Below, piece by piece: positions 17,207 to 30,455 of a stretch of DNA of 64,000 nt; within the stretch, counting starts at the first letter, position 1; every line of letters begins with the position of its first letter. A program made the translations under genes and the position numbers. The notes below the pieces were generated by a model, which did not search any database, was not told the origin of the DNA, and saw nothing but the letters and a program-made list of their open reading frames with translations. The stretch comes from the human T2T-CHM13v2.0 reference genome, Homo sapiens. The stretch is from the NCBI RefSeq assembly GCF_009914755.1, contig NC_060945.1; one strand, given 5' to 3'.

Positions 17207-17950
17207 TGTCAACCTAAACAGAGAGGGGCTTTCTAAAAGAAGCTGAAGTCTATTTGGGATTGGAGCACTGCTGTGGAAATCCGTGCACCATCATACACTC
17301 TGTGTTACTCAGGGAGGGAACACAGCGAGACGACGGGAAAATGAGGAGGGTCATATCATTGTTTTGAGATAATTATCCTTAGCTACGAAGACCAGTAACA
17401 AAGGTGGCACCAATCCAAGGTTGGGCAGGCAGTCGCTGGGCAGATGTCCTCACAGAAGGACCTTTGATGTGAGGTTGCAATGGCCTTTTTGCAAGGCTGT
17501 GGGTTTTGCATTCTTCTGGGATAGCTGTGCTGTCAGACATTCATGCTCAAGAACCCTCTCTTCCTGGTCTTCTCTGGCTTCTCTGTCTAGGCTTTTTTTT
17601 TTTTTCCTTTGTGATGGAGTTTCACTCTTGTTGCCCAGGCTGGAGTGCAATGGTGTGATCTCGGCTCATCGCACCTCCGCCTTCGGGTTCAAGCAATTAT
17701 CCTGCCTCAGCCTCTGGAGTAGCTGAGATTACAGGAATGTACCACCACACCTGGCTAATTCTGTATTTTTAATAGAAACAGGGTTTCTCCATGTTGGTCA
17801 GGCTGGTCTCGAACTCCCGACCTCGGGCACCTCGGCCTTCCAAAGTGCTGGAATTACAGGCGTGAGCCATTGCGCCCGGTCACAAGGTTTTTGGTTTTTG
17901 TTTTTGTTTTTAACACAAGAGATTCCATTTTGATTCTGACAACTTTCACA
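17207..17950 (-). mobile_element. ERV1 solo LTR (MER65/MER34-like) with an antisense AluSp-like insert (17594-17881)
   Basis: Minus start TGTGAAAGTTGTCAGAATCAAAATGG; TSD GTGG/CTGG. Confidence 0.75.
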
Positions 17951-18063
17951 CTGGTAACATTTCTTGCACCAAGCTTTGTTTAATATGAATATTGCGTTCC
18001 AGCTGATTTTATAGTGTGTGTGTGCACAACATATCTTTTCTCATCCTTTTATTTTTAACCTAT

Positions 18064-18536
18064 TGGGAAAGGAAAATAAATCTTGGGGCCCCCAAATCAC
18101 TAAGCTAAAGAGAAAAGTCAAGCAGGGTACTGCTTAGGGCCAACCTGCCTCTCATTTTATTCAAAGTCATCCCTCTACTCACTGACACAGATGCATATCT
18201 GAACGCCTCCTTTGGAGAGGCAAGTCAGAATCTCAGAAGAAAACAACCTTTTGTCTCTTATCTATAGGTGGCCTGGAAGCCCCCTCCCCTGGCTTCCAGT
18301 CCTCCTGCTTTTGCTCTGAGTAGTCCCGCCTTTCCAGACCGAACCAATGTTCATCTTGCGTATGTTGATTGATGTCTCATGTCCCCCTAGAATGTATAAA
18401 AACCAAACTGTGCTCTGACCACCTTGGGCACGTGTCGTCAGGACCTCCTGAGTCTGTCACAGGTGCGCATCCTCAACCTTGACAAAATAAAGTTTCTAAA
18501 TTAACTAAGACTTGTCTCAGATTTTCCAGGTTCACA
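18064..18536 (+). mobile_element. MER4A1-type solo LTR
   Basis: GAAAGGAAAATAAATCTTGGGGCCCC...GGTTCACA; perfect TSD CTAT (18060-63, 18537-40). Confidence 0.9.
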
Positions 18537-18784
18537 CTATCTATGTCTTTATACTTAAAATGAGTTTCTTTTAGATAACATATAGATTAAAAAAATAGCA
18601 TCCATGAACCATGAAACAGGTTATCGTTTTTAAAGGAGAATATTTTAAAGCAAATAAAAATGTTACTATAGTTATTATGATCCATTGACATAAAATATTT
18701 GACATAAGGATTATACAGTAAAGCAGAGACCAGTGCTGTAACACAGAAGATAAAGATTGAAAAAGTAACGAAAACTTTAGATAA

Positions 18785-19873
<1,089 letters not shown>

Positions 19874-19973
19874 AAAAGTTTAAGAAAATAGAGTAAGGAG
19901 CTCTAACATGCATTTTATAAAGAGAAAATGGAGAAAATGAAAGAGACAATATTCAAAGGTAAGAGAACTTCCA

Positions 19974-20756
19974 GGCCAGGTGCAATGGCTCATGTCTGTA
20001 ATCCCAGCACTTTGGGAAGTCAGAGTGTTGTAAGTAAAGTTTCGGTGCCACAAAAGAAATTTTCTTGTAATTCTCAACAAGGCAAGTAACTTCTACAGAA
20101 GGGTGCGCCCTTACAGATGGAGCAATGGTGAGCGCACACCTGGACAAGTGAGGGAAAGGGGTTCCTATTTCTGATGCACATGGTCCCTACTGCTGTGTCG
20201 TTCGCCTATTGGCTAGGGTTAGACTGCACAGGCCAAACTAATTACAACTGGCTAATTTCAAGAGAGTGATGAGGTGAGTGGGTTGGCAAAAAAAACGGTA
20301 ATGAAATGAGTCAGGGTGGAGAATGAATCGGAATGAGTCGGTGGAGTAGGTCATCAGAATGAGTCCAGGTGGAGAATGAGTCAGGGTGGAGCAGGTAATT
20401 GAAAAAGGTTGCTTTACAAGGAAGTTAAGTTAAAAGTAGAAGGCAAACAATTGAACATACTGACATATTAATTCTTTGAAGAGAAATGTAGAATTCATAT
20501 TTAACAAAAGCAGGAGGATTGCTTGAGTCCAGGAGTTTAAGACTGGCCTGTGCAACATAGCGAGACCTCATCTCTACTAAAAATTTTAAAAAATTAGCCA
20601 GGCATAGTGGCCTGCACCTGTAGTCCCAGCTGCTAGGAGGGCTGAGGTGGGAGGATCACTTGAGCTCAGGAGGTGGAGCCTGCAGTGCGCCGTGATCGCT
20701 CCACTGGACTGCAGCCTGGGTGACGGTGAGACCCTGTCTCAAAGGAAACAAAAAAA
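19974..20756 (+). mobile_element. AluJ interrupted by an LTR10 element
   Basis: Left arm breaks at 20025 and resumes at 20507; TSD (A/G)GAGAACTTCCA. Confidence 0.88.
20026..20506 (-). mobile_element. LTR10A/LTR10F-type solo LTR with an AP-1 motif tandem array
   Basis: Minus start TGTTAAATATGAATTCTACATTTCTCTTCAAAGAA; TSD AGAG/AAAG; repeated GAATGAGTCAGGGTGGAG. Confidence 0.88.
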
Positions 20757-20982
20757 GGAGAACTTCCAGACTTGGGGTAAAAAACTGTCCATTGGTTGGA
20801 TACTATGTTTTGCTGCTGGTTATAGAAAATGAAAATAAGACTGATTTATCTTGATAGCATGAACATGACAGAGGCTTATTTTTCCTCATGTTGAGAAGAC
20901 TGAAGAGAAGCAAGCATGAGGTCAAATACTAAGCAAACCTCTTGCCAGTCTTGCAGCTCCTCAAGAGCCTGAGAGCCACCTC

Positions 20983-21292
<310 letters not shown>

Positions 21293-21422
21293 TCGGAACC
21301 ACCTCTCTGAATCGTCAAGGAAGCTGACACCACCTTGCGGTTTCCTAGAGTTTCCTTTAGACTACGAAATACGGTGAGTTGACCAATTGTACCTTGAAAA
21401 CCTGAAGGCCAGGGGTTGTATC

Positions 21423-21869
21423 TTTCACACGCGTCCGTGTGAAGAGACCACCAAACAGGCTTTGTGTGAGCAACAAGGCTGTTTATTTCACCTGGGTGCA
21501 GGCAGGCTGAGTCCGAAAAGAGAGTCAGTGAAGGGAGATAGGGGTGGGGCCGTTCTATAAGCTTTGGGTAGGTAAAGGAAAAAGGGGGGTTCTCTGGTGG
21601 GCAGGAGTGGGGGGTCACAAGGTGCTCAGTGGGGGAGCTTTCTGAGCCAGGATGAGCCAGGAGAAGGAATTTCACAAGGTAATGTCATCAGTTAAGACAA
21701 GGACTGGCCATTTTCACTTCTTTTGTGGTGGAATGTCATCAGTTAAGGCAGGAACCGGCCATTTAAATATCACTTCTTTTGTGATTCTTCAGTTACTTCA
21801 GGCCATCTGGATGTATACGTGCAGGTCACAGGGGATATGATGGCTTAGCTTGGGCTCAGAGGCCTGACA
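21423..21869 (-). mobile_element. HERV-H 3' LTR (LTR7)
   Basis: Minus strand TGTCAGGCCTCTGAGCCCAAGCTAAGCC...GTGTGAAA, preceded by PPT AAGAAGACAGGAA. Confidence 0.96.
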
Positions 21870-23472
21870 TTCCTGTCTTCTTATATTAATAAGAAAAATA
21901 AAACATAATAGTGTTGAAGTGTTGGGGCGGCGAAAATTTTTGGGGGGTGGTATGGAGAGATAATGGGCGATGTTTCTCAGGGCTGCTTTGAGCGGGATTA
22001 GGGGCGGCGTGGGAACCTAGAGTGGGAGAGATTAAGCTGAAGGAAGATTTTGTGGTAAAGGGTGATATTGTGGGGTTGTTAGAAGAAACATTTGTCGTAT
22101 AGAATTATTGGTGATGGCCTGGATATGGTTTTGTATGATTTGAAAAAAGAACGGAATAAGACAAGGAGAAAAACAGGTATTAAAGGACTAAGAATTGGAA
22201 GGACCCAGGACATCTAACTAGAGAGTGCCCAAGGAGGTTCAGCATAGCCCTGCCAGCGAAGATTATTTATTTACTTTAAGAGGGAGTTAAGAGTGGTGAT
22301 TTAGGGATAGCACCAGTAGATATCAGCTGTGATGGCTTGGAGAAACAGTGTAAACCAGCAGTGTAAACAAGAGCAGGGCATTTATGAGTAGTTGAGAACG
22401 GCGAATAGGAGTATGATTAGACAGAAGATAGTAGGGATGACAAGTTTTGTTTTTCTTGCGGGGGGGAGGGCGCCGCAGTCCAACTTGGTCTGGTGTCTGG
22501 AATGAGACTGGGGCCTAATAAAAAGGAGCGTCTATACAGGAGCTCAAATGGGCTGTACCTTGTGGCATTCTGAGGACAGGCCTGAATTCTGAGAAGGTCA
22601 AGTGGTAAAAGTATTGTCCAGTCCTTTTTAAGTTGGTGGCTGAGCTTGGTGAGGTGTGTTTTTAAAAGACCATTAGTTCACTGAATAAGAGCTTGAGAAA
22701 CTGCTTGGCTGATTTGACTAATAAAGGCTGGTCCGTTATAGGACTGTATAGAGGTGGGAAGGCCAAACCGAGGAATTATGTCTGACAGAAGGGAAGAAAT
22801 GACCGTGGTGGTCTTCTTAGACCCTGTGGGAAAGGCCTCTACCTATCCAGTGAAAGTGTCTACCCAGAACAAGAGGCATTTTAGTTTCCTGACTCGGGGT
22901 ATGTTGAGTAAAGCCAATTTGCCAGCCCTGGGCGGGGGCAAATCCTCACGCTTGATGTGTAGGGAAAGGAGGGGGCCTGAATAATCCCTGAGGAATAGTA
23001 GGATATCAGATGGAACATTGAGAAGTTATTTCCTTGAGGATAGATTTCCACGATGGAAAGGAAATGAGAGGTTCTAAGAGGCGGGCTAGTGGCTTGTACT
23101 ATAGCATAGCCTGCCTTTGCTGGTGTGTGGCAATTAGGCCTGGTGGAAGTGCCATCAATAAATCAAGTGTGATCAGGGTGAGGAACAGGAAAGAAGGAAA
23201 TATGGGGAAATGGGGTGAATGTCAGGTGGATCAGAGAGATACAGTCACGGGGGTCAGGTGTGGTATCAGGAATAATGTGGGAGGCCGGATTAAGTCCAGG
23301 CCAGGAACAATGGTTATTGTGGGAGACTCAACAAAGAGTGAGTACAGCTGAAGGAGCCGGGAAGCAGAAAGTATATGTGTCAGGTGTGAGGAGGAAAACA
23401 GATTTTGGAAGTTATGAGAACTGTAGAGAGTGAGTTGAGCATAGTTTGTGATTTTAAGGGCCTCTAAAAGTA

Positions 23473-24188
23473 TTAGTGCGGTGGTGGCCGCCGCATGCAG
23501 ATTTGAGGGCTAGGCAAAACAGTAAGGTCAAGTTGTTTGGATAAAAAGGCTACAGGGCGCAGTTCCGGTTCTCGTGTAAGAATTCTGGCTGCACAGCCCT
23601 GCACTTCGGCTGTGGGTAATGAAAAGGGTTGGGATGAGTCAGGGAGAGCTAGCGTGGGGGCCAACTCTAAAGCTGTCTTCAAGGAATGGAAAGAGGAGTG
23701 GGGAAAGGATTTAGGATCTATGGGCTCAGCTAGGTTTCCTTTTGTGAGTTTATATAATGGTTTTGTTAGGATGGCAAAACCAGGTATCTAAAGTCGAAAG
23801 TATCCAACCATGCCTAGGAAGGAAAGGAGTTGTTGTTTTGTAGAAGGTGTTGGGGTTTGAGAGATCAGTCGGACACGATCGGCAGGGAGAGCACGTGTGT
23901 TTTTATGAGAATTACGCTGAGATAGGTAACAGATGAGGAAGAAATTTGGGCTTGACTGAAGTAATGGGGGCTGGCTGTGAAGCCTTGTGGCAGTACAGCC
24001 CAGGTAATTTGCTGAGCCTGATGGATGTGAGGGTCAGTCCAAGTGAAAGCGAAGAGAGGCTGGGATGAAGGGTGCAAAGGAATAGTAAAGAAAGCATGTT
24101 TGAGATCCAGAACAGAATAATGGGTTGTGGAGGGAGGTATTGAGAATAGGAGAGTATATGGGTTTGGCACCACGGGGTGGATAGGCAA
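23473..24188 (-). pseudogene. HERV-H pol remnant (reverse transcriptase and connection region), frameshifted, YxDD segment absent
   Basis: VPNPYTLL, SVLDLKHAFFTIPL and WAVLPQGFTASPHYF in ORF 23865..24188; PTLALPD and PVAFLSKQLD in ORF 23473..23682. Confidence 0.92.
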
Positions 24189-26551
24189 AACAATTTGGTT
24201 GACAAGGCACAGATCCTGAACTAACCTGTAAGCCTTGTCTGGTTTTAGGACAGGTAAAATGGGTGAATTTTAAGGGGAATTTGTAGGCTTTAAAAGCCCA
24301 TGCTGCTGTAACAGGCAAGTGATAACAGGCTTTAATCCTTTTAAAGCATGCTGTGGGATGGGATATTGGCCTTGAGCAGGGTAAGGGTGATTAGGTTTTA
24401 ATGGGATGGTAAGGGGTGCATGATCAGTCTCCAAGGAGGGAGTAGAGGTATCCTATACTTGTGGGTTAAGGTGCGGGGATAGGAGAGGAGGATGTGAAGG
24501 AGGCTTTGAACTGGGGAAAAGGGCAGCAATGAGGTGTGGCTGTAGTCCAGGAACAGTCAGGCAAGCAGATAATTTAAAGTGTCTCGGCCTAATAAGGGAA
24601 CTGGGCAGGTGGGGATAACTAAAAAAGAGTGATAAAAGAGTATTGTCTAAGTTGGCACCAGAGTTTTAAGAGGTTTAGAAGCCTGGCCGTCAATACCCAC
24701 AACAGTTATGGAGGCAAGGGAAACAGGTCCTTGAAAAGAAGGTAATGTGGAGTGGGAGCCTCCGTATTGATTAAGAAGGGGACGGACTTATCTTCCACCG
24801 TGAGAGTTACCCAGATCGTCTGTGATGGTCCTGTAAACTCCCGAGGTGATCGGGCAGCGTCAGTCTTCAGCTGCTAAGCCGAGAAGATCTGGGAAGGAGT
24901 CAGACAGCCTTGGGCCAGAGTTCCAGGCACTCTGGAAGTGGCTGCCAGGTGAGTTGAACAGCCCGATTTTCAGTGGGGTCCTGCACAGATGGGACATGGC
25001 TTAGGAGGAATCCTGGGCTGTGGGCATTCCTTGGCCCAGTGGCCAGATTTCCGGCACTTGTAGCAAGCTCCTGGGGGAGGAGTTTCTGGAGGAACCCCTG
25101 GCAGCTGCGGTTCAGGCATTTGGAGTTCTTGTGTGCTGGAGATGTGGCTGGGGTTTGTCTCACAGTGGAGGCAAGGAATTGCAACTCAGAAATATGTTAC
25201 TACTTAGCTGCCTCTACTCTATTGTACACCTTGAAGGCGAGGTTAATTAAGTCCTGTTGTGGGGTTTGAGGGCCGGAATTTAATTTTTGGAGTTTAATGT
25301 CAGGAGCGGACTGGGTAATAAAATGTATATTGAGACTAAGACAGCCTTTTGACCTTTTAGGGTCTAGGGCTATAAAGCATCTCAGGGTTGCTGCCGAATG
25401 AGCCATGAACTGGGCTGGGTTTTTCATATTTGATGAAAAAGAGCCTAAATGCTAACTGATTTTGGGAGAGGTCGGATAAAGAAAAGGGAGCATTAACCTT
25501 GACTATGCCTTTAGCTCCAGCCACCTTTTTAAGAGGAAATTGCTGGGCAGGTCGGGGAGGGCTAGTCGCAGAATGAAACTGTAAGCCAGACTGGGTGTGA
25601 GGAGGGGAGGTGATAAAAGGATTATGGGGTGGGGGAGCAGAGGCTGAGGAAGAATTGGGACCTGGCTCAGCCTGGCAAGGAGCAGCCTGGGGAGGGGGCG
25701 TGAAGTCAGATGGGTCTGTAGAAAAGGAGAATTAGAAAAACTCAGTGACGCTTGGGATTGGGACTGAGAGGACAGGCGGGAGGGAAAGAAGGAGGATTTG
25801 GGACATGTCACATTGGGAACAGAGGCTAGGGAGGGAACAATGTGTAAAAGAATGCCTGGACGTCAGGCACCTCAGACTGTTTGCCTATTTTACGATAAGA
25901 ATTATCTAGATCTTGTAGGATGGAAAAATCGAAAGTGCTGTTTTCTGGCTATTTGGAACCACTGTTGAGTTTGTATTGGGGTCAAGCGGCATTGCAGAAG
26001 AAAATAAGGCATTTAGGTCAGGTGTGAGTTGAAGAGGTTTTGAGTTCTTGAGAACACAGGCTAAGGGAGAAGGAGGAGGAATGGAGGGTGGAAGGCTGCC
26101 CATAGTGAAGGAGGCAAGCCCAGAGAAAAGAGAGAGTAGAGACACGGAGAGAAGGGGTTGAGGGGTTCTTGCCCCCTAGAAAAGCGGAGAAGGGGTAGAG
26201 ACACGGAGAGAAGGGGTCGGGGGGTTCTTGCCCCCCAGAAAAGCAGTACTTGCCGCTAAGGGTGAAGGACCAAGGCAGGTGTCCCCGCATGGTCAGACAC
26301 CTCTGAAATGTGGGTGAATAATCAGGCAGGCGTCCCTGTGTGATTAAACACCAAGGGAAGATTGTCTTCCCGAGTCTGTGACTGGCGCCAGAGTTTTGCG
26401 TCCATGGATAAAACACGTCTCCTGTCTCTATGAGAAAAGAAAAGGAACTGAAATTAAGAGAAGGGAGAGATTGAAGTGTGGCACCAAGATTGAAAGGAGA
26501 AAGAGGGTGAAGGATAGTGAGAGAGGTTGGAGAAGAGAGTAAGAAGAGGCC

Positions 26552-26560
26552 ACTTACCTG
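26552..26560 (-). promoter_or_regulatory. HERV-H major splice donor
   Basis: Minus strand CAG|GTAAGT (perfect consensus) about 140 bp downstream of the 5' LTR. Confidence 0.75.
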
Positions 26561-26681
26561 ATTTAAAATTGGTGTGATGTTCCTTGGTCTGGTTGGTCTG
26601 AGGACCTGAGGTCGTAGGTGGATCTTTCTCATGGTGCAAAGAGCAGGAGGATGAGATTGATCTCCCAAGGGAGGTCCCTCA

Positions 26682-26699
26682 GTCCGAGTCATGGCACCA
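26682..26699 (-). promoter_or_regulatory. Primer-binding site complementary to tRNA-His
   Basis: Minus strand TGGTGCCATGACTCGGAC just after the 5' LTR. Confidence 0.92.
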
Positions 26700-26701
26700 A
26701 A

Positions 26702-27150
26702 TTTCACTCGCATCTGTGTGAAGAGTCCACCAAACAGGCTTTGTATGAGCAACAAGGCTGTTTATTTCACCTGGGTGCAGGCAGGCTGAGTCCGAAAAGA
26801 GAGTCAGCCAAGGGAGATAGGGGTGGGGCCATTTTATAAGATTTGGGTAGGTAAAGGAAGAAGGGGGGTTATTCTCTGGCGGGCAGGAGTGGGGGTCACA
26901 AGGTGCTCAATGGGGGAGCTTTTTGAGCCAGGATGAGCCAGGAGAAGGAATTTCACAAGGTAATGTCATCAGTTAAGGCAAGGACTGGCCATTTTCACTT
27001 CTTTTGTGGTGGAATGTCATCAGTTAAGGCAGGAACAGGCAATTTAAATATCACTTCTTTTGTGATTCTTCAGTTACTTCAGGCCATCTGGATGTATACG
27101 TGCAGGTCACAGGGTATATGATGGCTTAGCTTGGGCTCAGAAGCCTGACA
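26702..27150 (-). mobile_element. HERV-H 5' LTR (LTR7), potential promoter pointing to lower coordinates
   Basis: About 96% identical to the 3' LTR by eye; minus strand TTATAAAA box retained. Confidence 0.96.
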
Positions 27151-27599
27151 GTATCTAATCCACTTTGCTATACAAAGGCGTGAGATTCCTACTGTCTTTC
27201 CAATCCTTTGAGTGGATTCCTGGGATGCACATTACATTCTCGTTAAATGCTTCTTTGATAATGCAATGGCTTCCTTCCTCTTCTGCTTTGTGGAGAGGTT
27301 TTCTTGGGTTGGGAGGAGGCTTTGTTTCTAATTCTGCTTCCCCAGTACAGTCTTGGCTGGTGGAGCAGCTTTCCCATTTGTCAGCGTTTCAAGTCCTTTT
27401 ATGTTTCTGCGTCAGTTTCCTTAATATGTGGCATTGTGGAAACAAGCAAAGACCACCTGCCTAAGACCAAGCACGCGCCGTGTATTCCGAGCTGGCTCTA
27501 GTGAGGGGGCCACCTCCACCACCTGCCTTTGGCAGAGACTCAGGGAAGGCATGGGGGAAGCTTGGTGATGGACGACAGACCCCGGGGTGCCCGGATGAG

Positions 27600-27960
27600 G
27601 CCTTTTTCAAAAGGAAGCTGGGCAGGCTCGTGGGAGCGGACATCCTAGGGGTGCATATTTGACTTTCTCTAGTTAGTCCAAAATTGGAAGCAGGGACAAA
27701 AATGAGGGAAGCTGACAGTTATTAATCAAATCCTGGGCAGTTTGGACCAATTGTTAGAGGGGTCATTGTTTGGCTTCCCTGACCAGTTACCTGTGGTAAC
27801 AGGCTTACTACAGAGCTGACTTAGAGAGAGAAGGCTGGCTCCCGGGGCTGGTTACAGGGGATCACAGGTTGGTTTCCTGAGCTGGTTGCACAGATTATAA
27901 TTCGGGGTTCTGTTTTTATATGAGGTCTGACCATTGTTCATTTGTATATTCAGTTTCTCA
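27600..27960 (-). mobile_element. Old ERV1 LTR (MER110/MER90-like)
   Basis: Minus start TGAGAAACTGAATATACAAATGAACAATGGTCAGACC; left edge approximate. Confidence 0.55.
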
Positions 27961-27993
27961 ATATTTGCCATCAAGGTGACCTCATGGTCCTAA

Positions 27994-28470
27994 TGTAGCA
28001 GGACGAGCCGCGGACAAAATCCCTCAGACACTGAGATAGTGAAGGGAGTGGCTTTAATCAGCTGGGAGCATGGGCAGGCTAGCGTCTTAAAATCCGAGCT
28101 CCTTGGGTGCTCAACTTCTGTCCCTTTTAAGGGCTCACAACTCTAAGGGGGTCCGCGTGAGAGGGTCGTGATCGATTGAACAAGCCAGGGGGTATGTGAC
28201 AGGGGCTGCGAGCACCGGTGGTCAGAGTGAAACAGAACAGAACGGGAGGTTTCACAATGTCCTTCCATACAATGTCTGGAATCTATAGATAACATCAGTT
28301 GCTAGGTCAGGGGTTGAATTTTAACTACCAGGCTTAGGTCAGGCAGGCCCAGGCCTGGTTTCAGGTCTGGTTCCTAGGCACCGGGCTACCTGCCTTTAGT
28401 TTTGCTTCTCTTTCTTTTTCTGAGTATAAAACAATATAAAACAATATGAGAGGGTCTCTCTCGTCCCTCA
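27994..28470 (-). mobile_element. LTR15-type solo LTR
   Basis: Minus start TGAGGGACGAGAGAGACCCTCTCATATTGTTTTATATTG; TSD CTAA. Confidence 0.85.
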
Positions 28471-28474
28471 CTAA

Positions 28475-29075
28475 TGTGGTAGGAGTTATTAAGAAATTAT
28501 TTTAGGCAGATAGGAAAAGTTTTCATTTCTTTTAAAGCAGCTCCAAAAACATTTCTTGTCTAGAAGGATAGCAGGGTGGCAACCTTTGATATGCAAATGG
28601 AGGATATTAGAAACTGGGTCCACCTAACATGGCAGTTCTCACGGTGTCCTCTTGCCCTTGCCCCCACATGTGCCTGGCAACATGACCGCCCCCACAGATC
28701 CCCACGTGTGTAGAACATCATGGCGCTCTGCATTTGCATATTAAAAGGCTAGGGTGGGAGGGTCAGCTTTTTCACAGGCCATGTGAATGACATGCCTGGT
28801 CAAACCAATGACCTGAGCCCTGTGCAAATCAGACGCCACCTCCTACGGTCTCTACATAAAACTGGCTGGTATCCGTGGCACTTGGGGTTTCCTCTTTAGG
28901 CTTTGGAGTCCCCCTCCCTCTGTCTCCGTATGAGGGAGCCTCTTCCTTCTGCCTTTTCTTTCTTGCCTATTAAACTCCCCGCTCTTTATAGCCATTCTAC
29001 ATGTGCCCCATGTCGTTTTATCTAAATTGCACAAGACAAGAACCTGGTGTTCCTCCACCCATCGGAGCCGTATCA
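28475..29075 (+). mobile_element. ERV1 solo LTR (LTR27/LTR28-group)
   Basis: TGTGGTAGGAGTTATTAAGAAATTATTTTAGGCAGATAG...GGAGCCGTATCA; ATTAAA poly(A) signal; TSD CTAA. Confidence 0.75.
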
Positions 29076-29079
29076 CTAA

Positions 29080-29340
29080 TAGGCCACTGGAGATCCAGCC
29101 ATTGTGACCACATTCCAGGCAGGAAGAAGAAAGCAGAAGGCAAAGAGCACGCCTCCCAAGTGAATCCCTATACAGGTTCCACCCAAATACATTTGCTTCC
29201 ATCTCTCTAGCCCTCTCTGCCTTCAAGGATGCGGGGAAATTTGTTTACTGGCACAAATCATGCCCCCAAAACAAGAGGACTTCTGTTGAAGGACAAAGGG
29301 ACGCTGGATATTGCACAGGGAACCAACAATCTTGTTCACA
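29080..29340 (-). mobile_element. Old MaLR (MLT1K/L-like) fragment
   Basis: CACATTCCAGGCAGGAAGAAG and GGATATTG blocks typical of antisense MLT1K/L. Confidence 0.5.
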
Positions 29341-30197
29341 CCTTCAGCCTGAAAAACTAGAAAAATAGACCCAGGAGGAAAACACATTTATGAAGAATGC
29401 ATCACTGAATATCATCTTGAATGTATTCTTCAATACGAAATAATTCTTTTAAGACAATTACTTTAATAAAGGATTGGTTGACAGTCACGATTATGTGCTC
29501 AAAATATACTCTTCTGATGCCTTCTCAAATCCCCCTGTCTTTACTCCCCACACACCCCATCTCCAGGGCACTAAGGCAGAGACAGAATGAAGGGTCAGTG
29601 TGCTGATAGAAACACAAGTTGACGACCACCCAAGGAAAACGAATTAGTTCAAAGAAGCAATACATTGGGAAGTTGGTCATTTGGCAAATTGGCTCTTCCA
29701 AGAATTGGCTTTTTGCAATTGCACTACAGCAAGTGAGTGAGAAAAGCAAAAGCCCCATGGGATGGGGAGGAAGATCTTCCCTAAAGACTGCAGGGGGCCT
29801 TCCTGGGGGGCCAGAGATCCTCTTCCAAGTTCGGTGAGGTCCCCGGGACTGGAGCCTTGAGTCTACCGCAGAGTAATGACTCCCTTTAAACTCTATCATC
29901 TGTAGCCGCTGGAAATGATTAAATGAAGCAAAAGCTGAAAATCACTGAGTTCAGGAGAGACTGTGTCCTAAAGACACGCAAGGGAACAAGTCCTTTGCAT
30001 GTTTGAGACTGGAGTGTGCTCCAGCAGCTTGGGAAGCAGGGGCGCCTCGCTGGGGAACCACATTACAGGAGGGAAGGGGAAGAATAAGGGCCTTAAAAAG
30101 CCTTTCACAGCTCTCCAGGGTGGGCAGCTTTTAATCCAATGCATCAAAAGTTCTCAGGATATGAGAGCAACCATTATGTGAAGGACCCAAATGCTGC

Positions 30198-30455
30198 AAG
30201 CACACACACACATGCACATGCACGCATAGGCACACACATGCACACCTACAGGCACACACAGGCACGCACACACACGTACATACTCATCACAGGTACATGC
30301 ATGCCCAGGCACATACACACATGCACAGGCACTCACACACATGTACATACACACATGCACAGGTACACATGCACAGGCACATACATGCACACACACAGGC
30401 ACGCACGCACACTCACATGCACACACGCACAAGCACACATACACATGCACACATT
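30198..30455. repeat. Degenerate (CA)n/(CATG/CACG) purine-pyrimidine tract
   Basis: About 260 bp of CACACATGCACA-like repeats. Confidence 0.95.

Larger units (their letters stand above)
21423..27150 (-). mobile_element. HERV-H provirus, common internally deleted ~5.7-kb form
   Basis: Two LTR7 copies, PBS-His, PPT, gag/pol remnants, perfect 5-bp TSD GTATC (21418-21422, 27151-27155). Confidence 0.97.

Noticed and set aside
26682-26699. tRNA-like sequence
   Set aside because: Only the 18-nt retroviral primer-binding site, not a tRNA gene
26018-26755. 245-aa minus-strand ORF
   Set aside because: HERV-H U5/leader sequence with a non-ATG start; not gag and no domain
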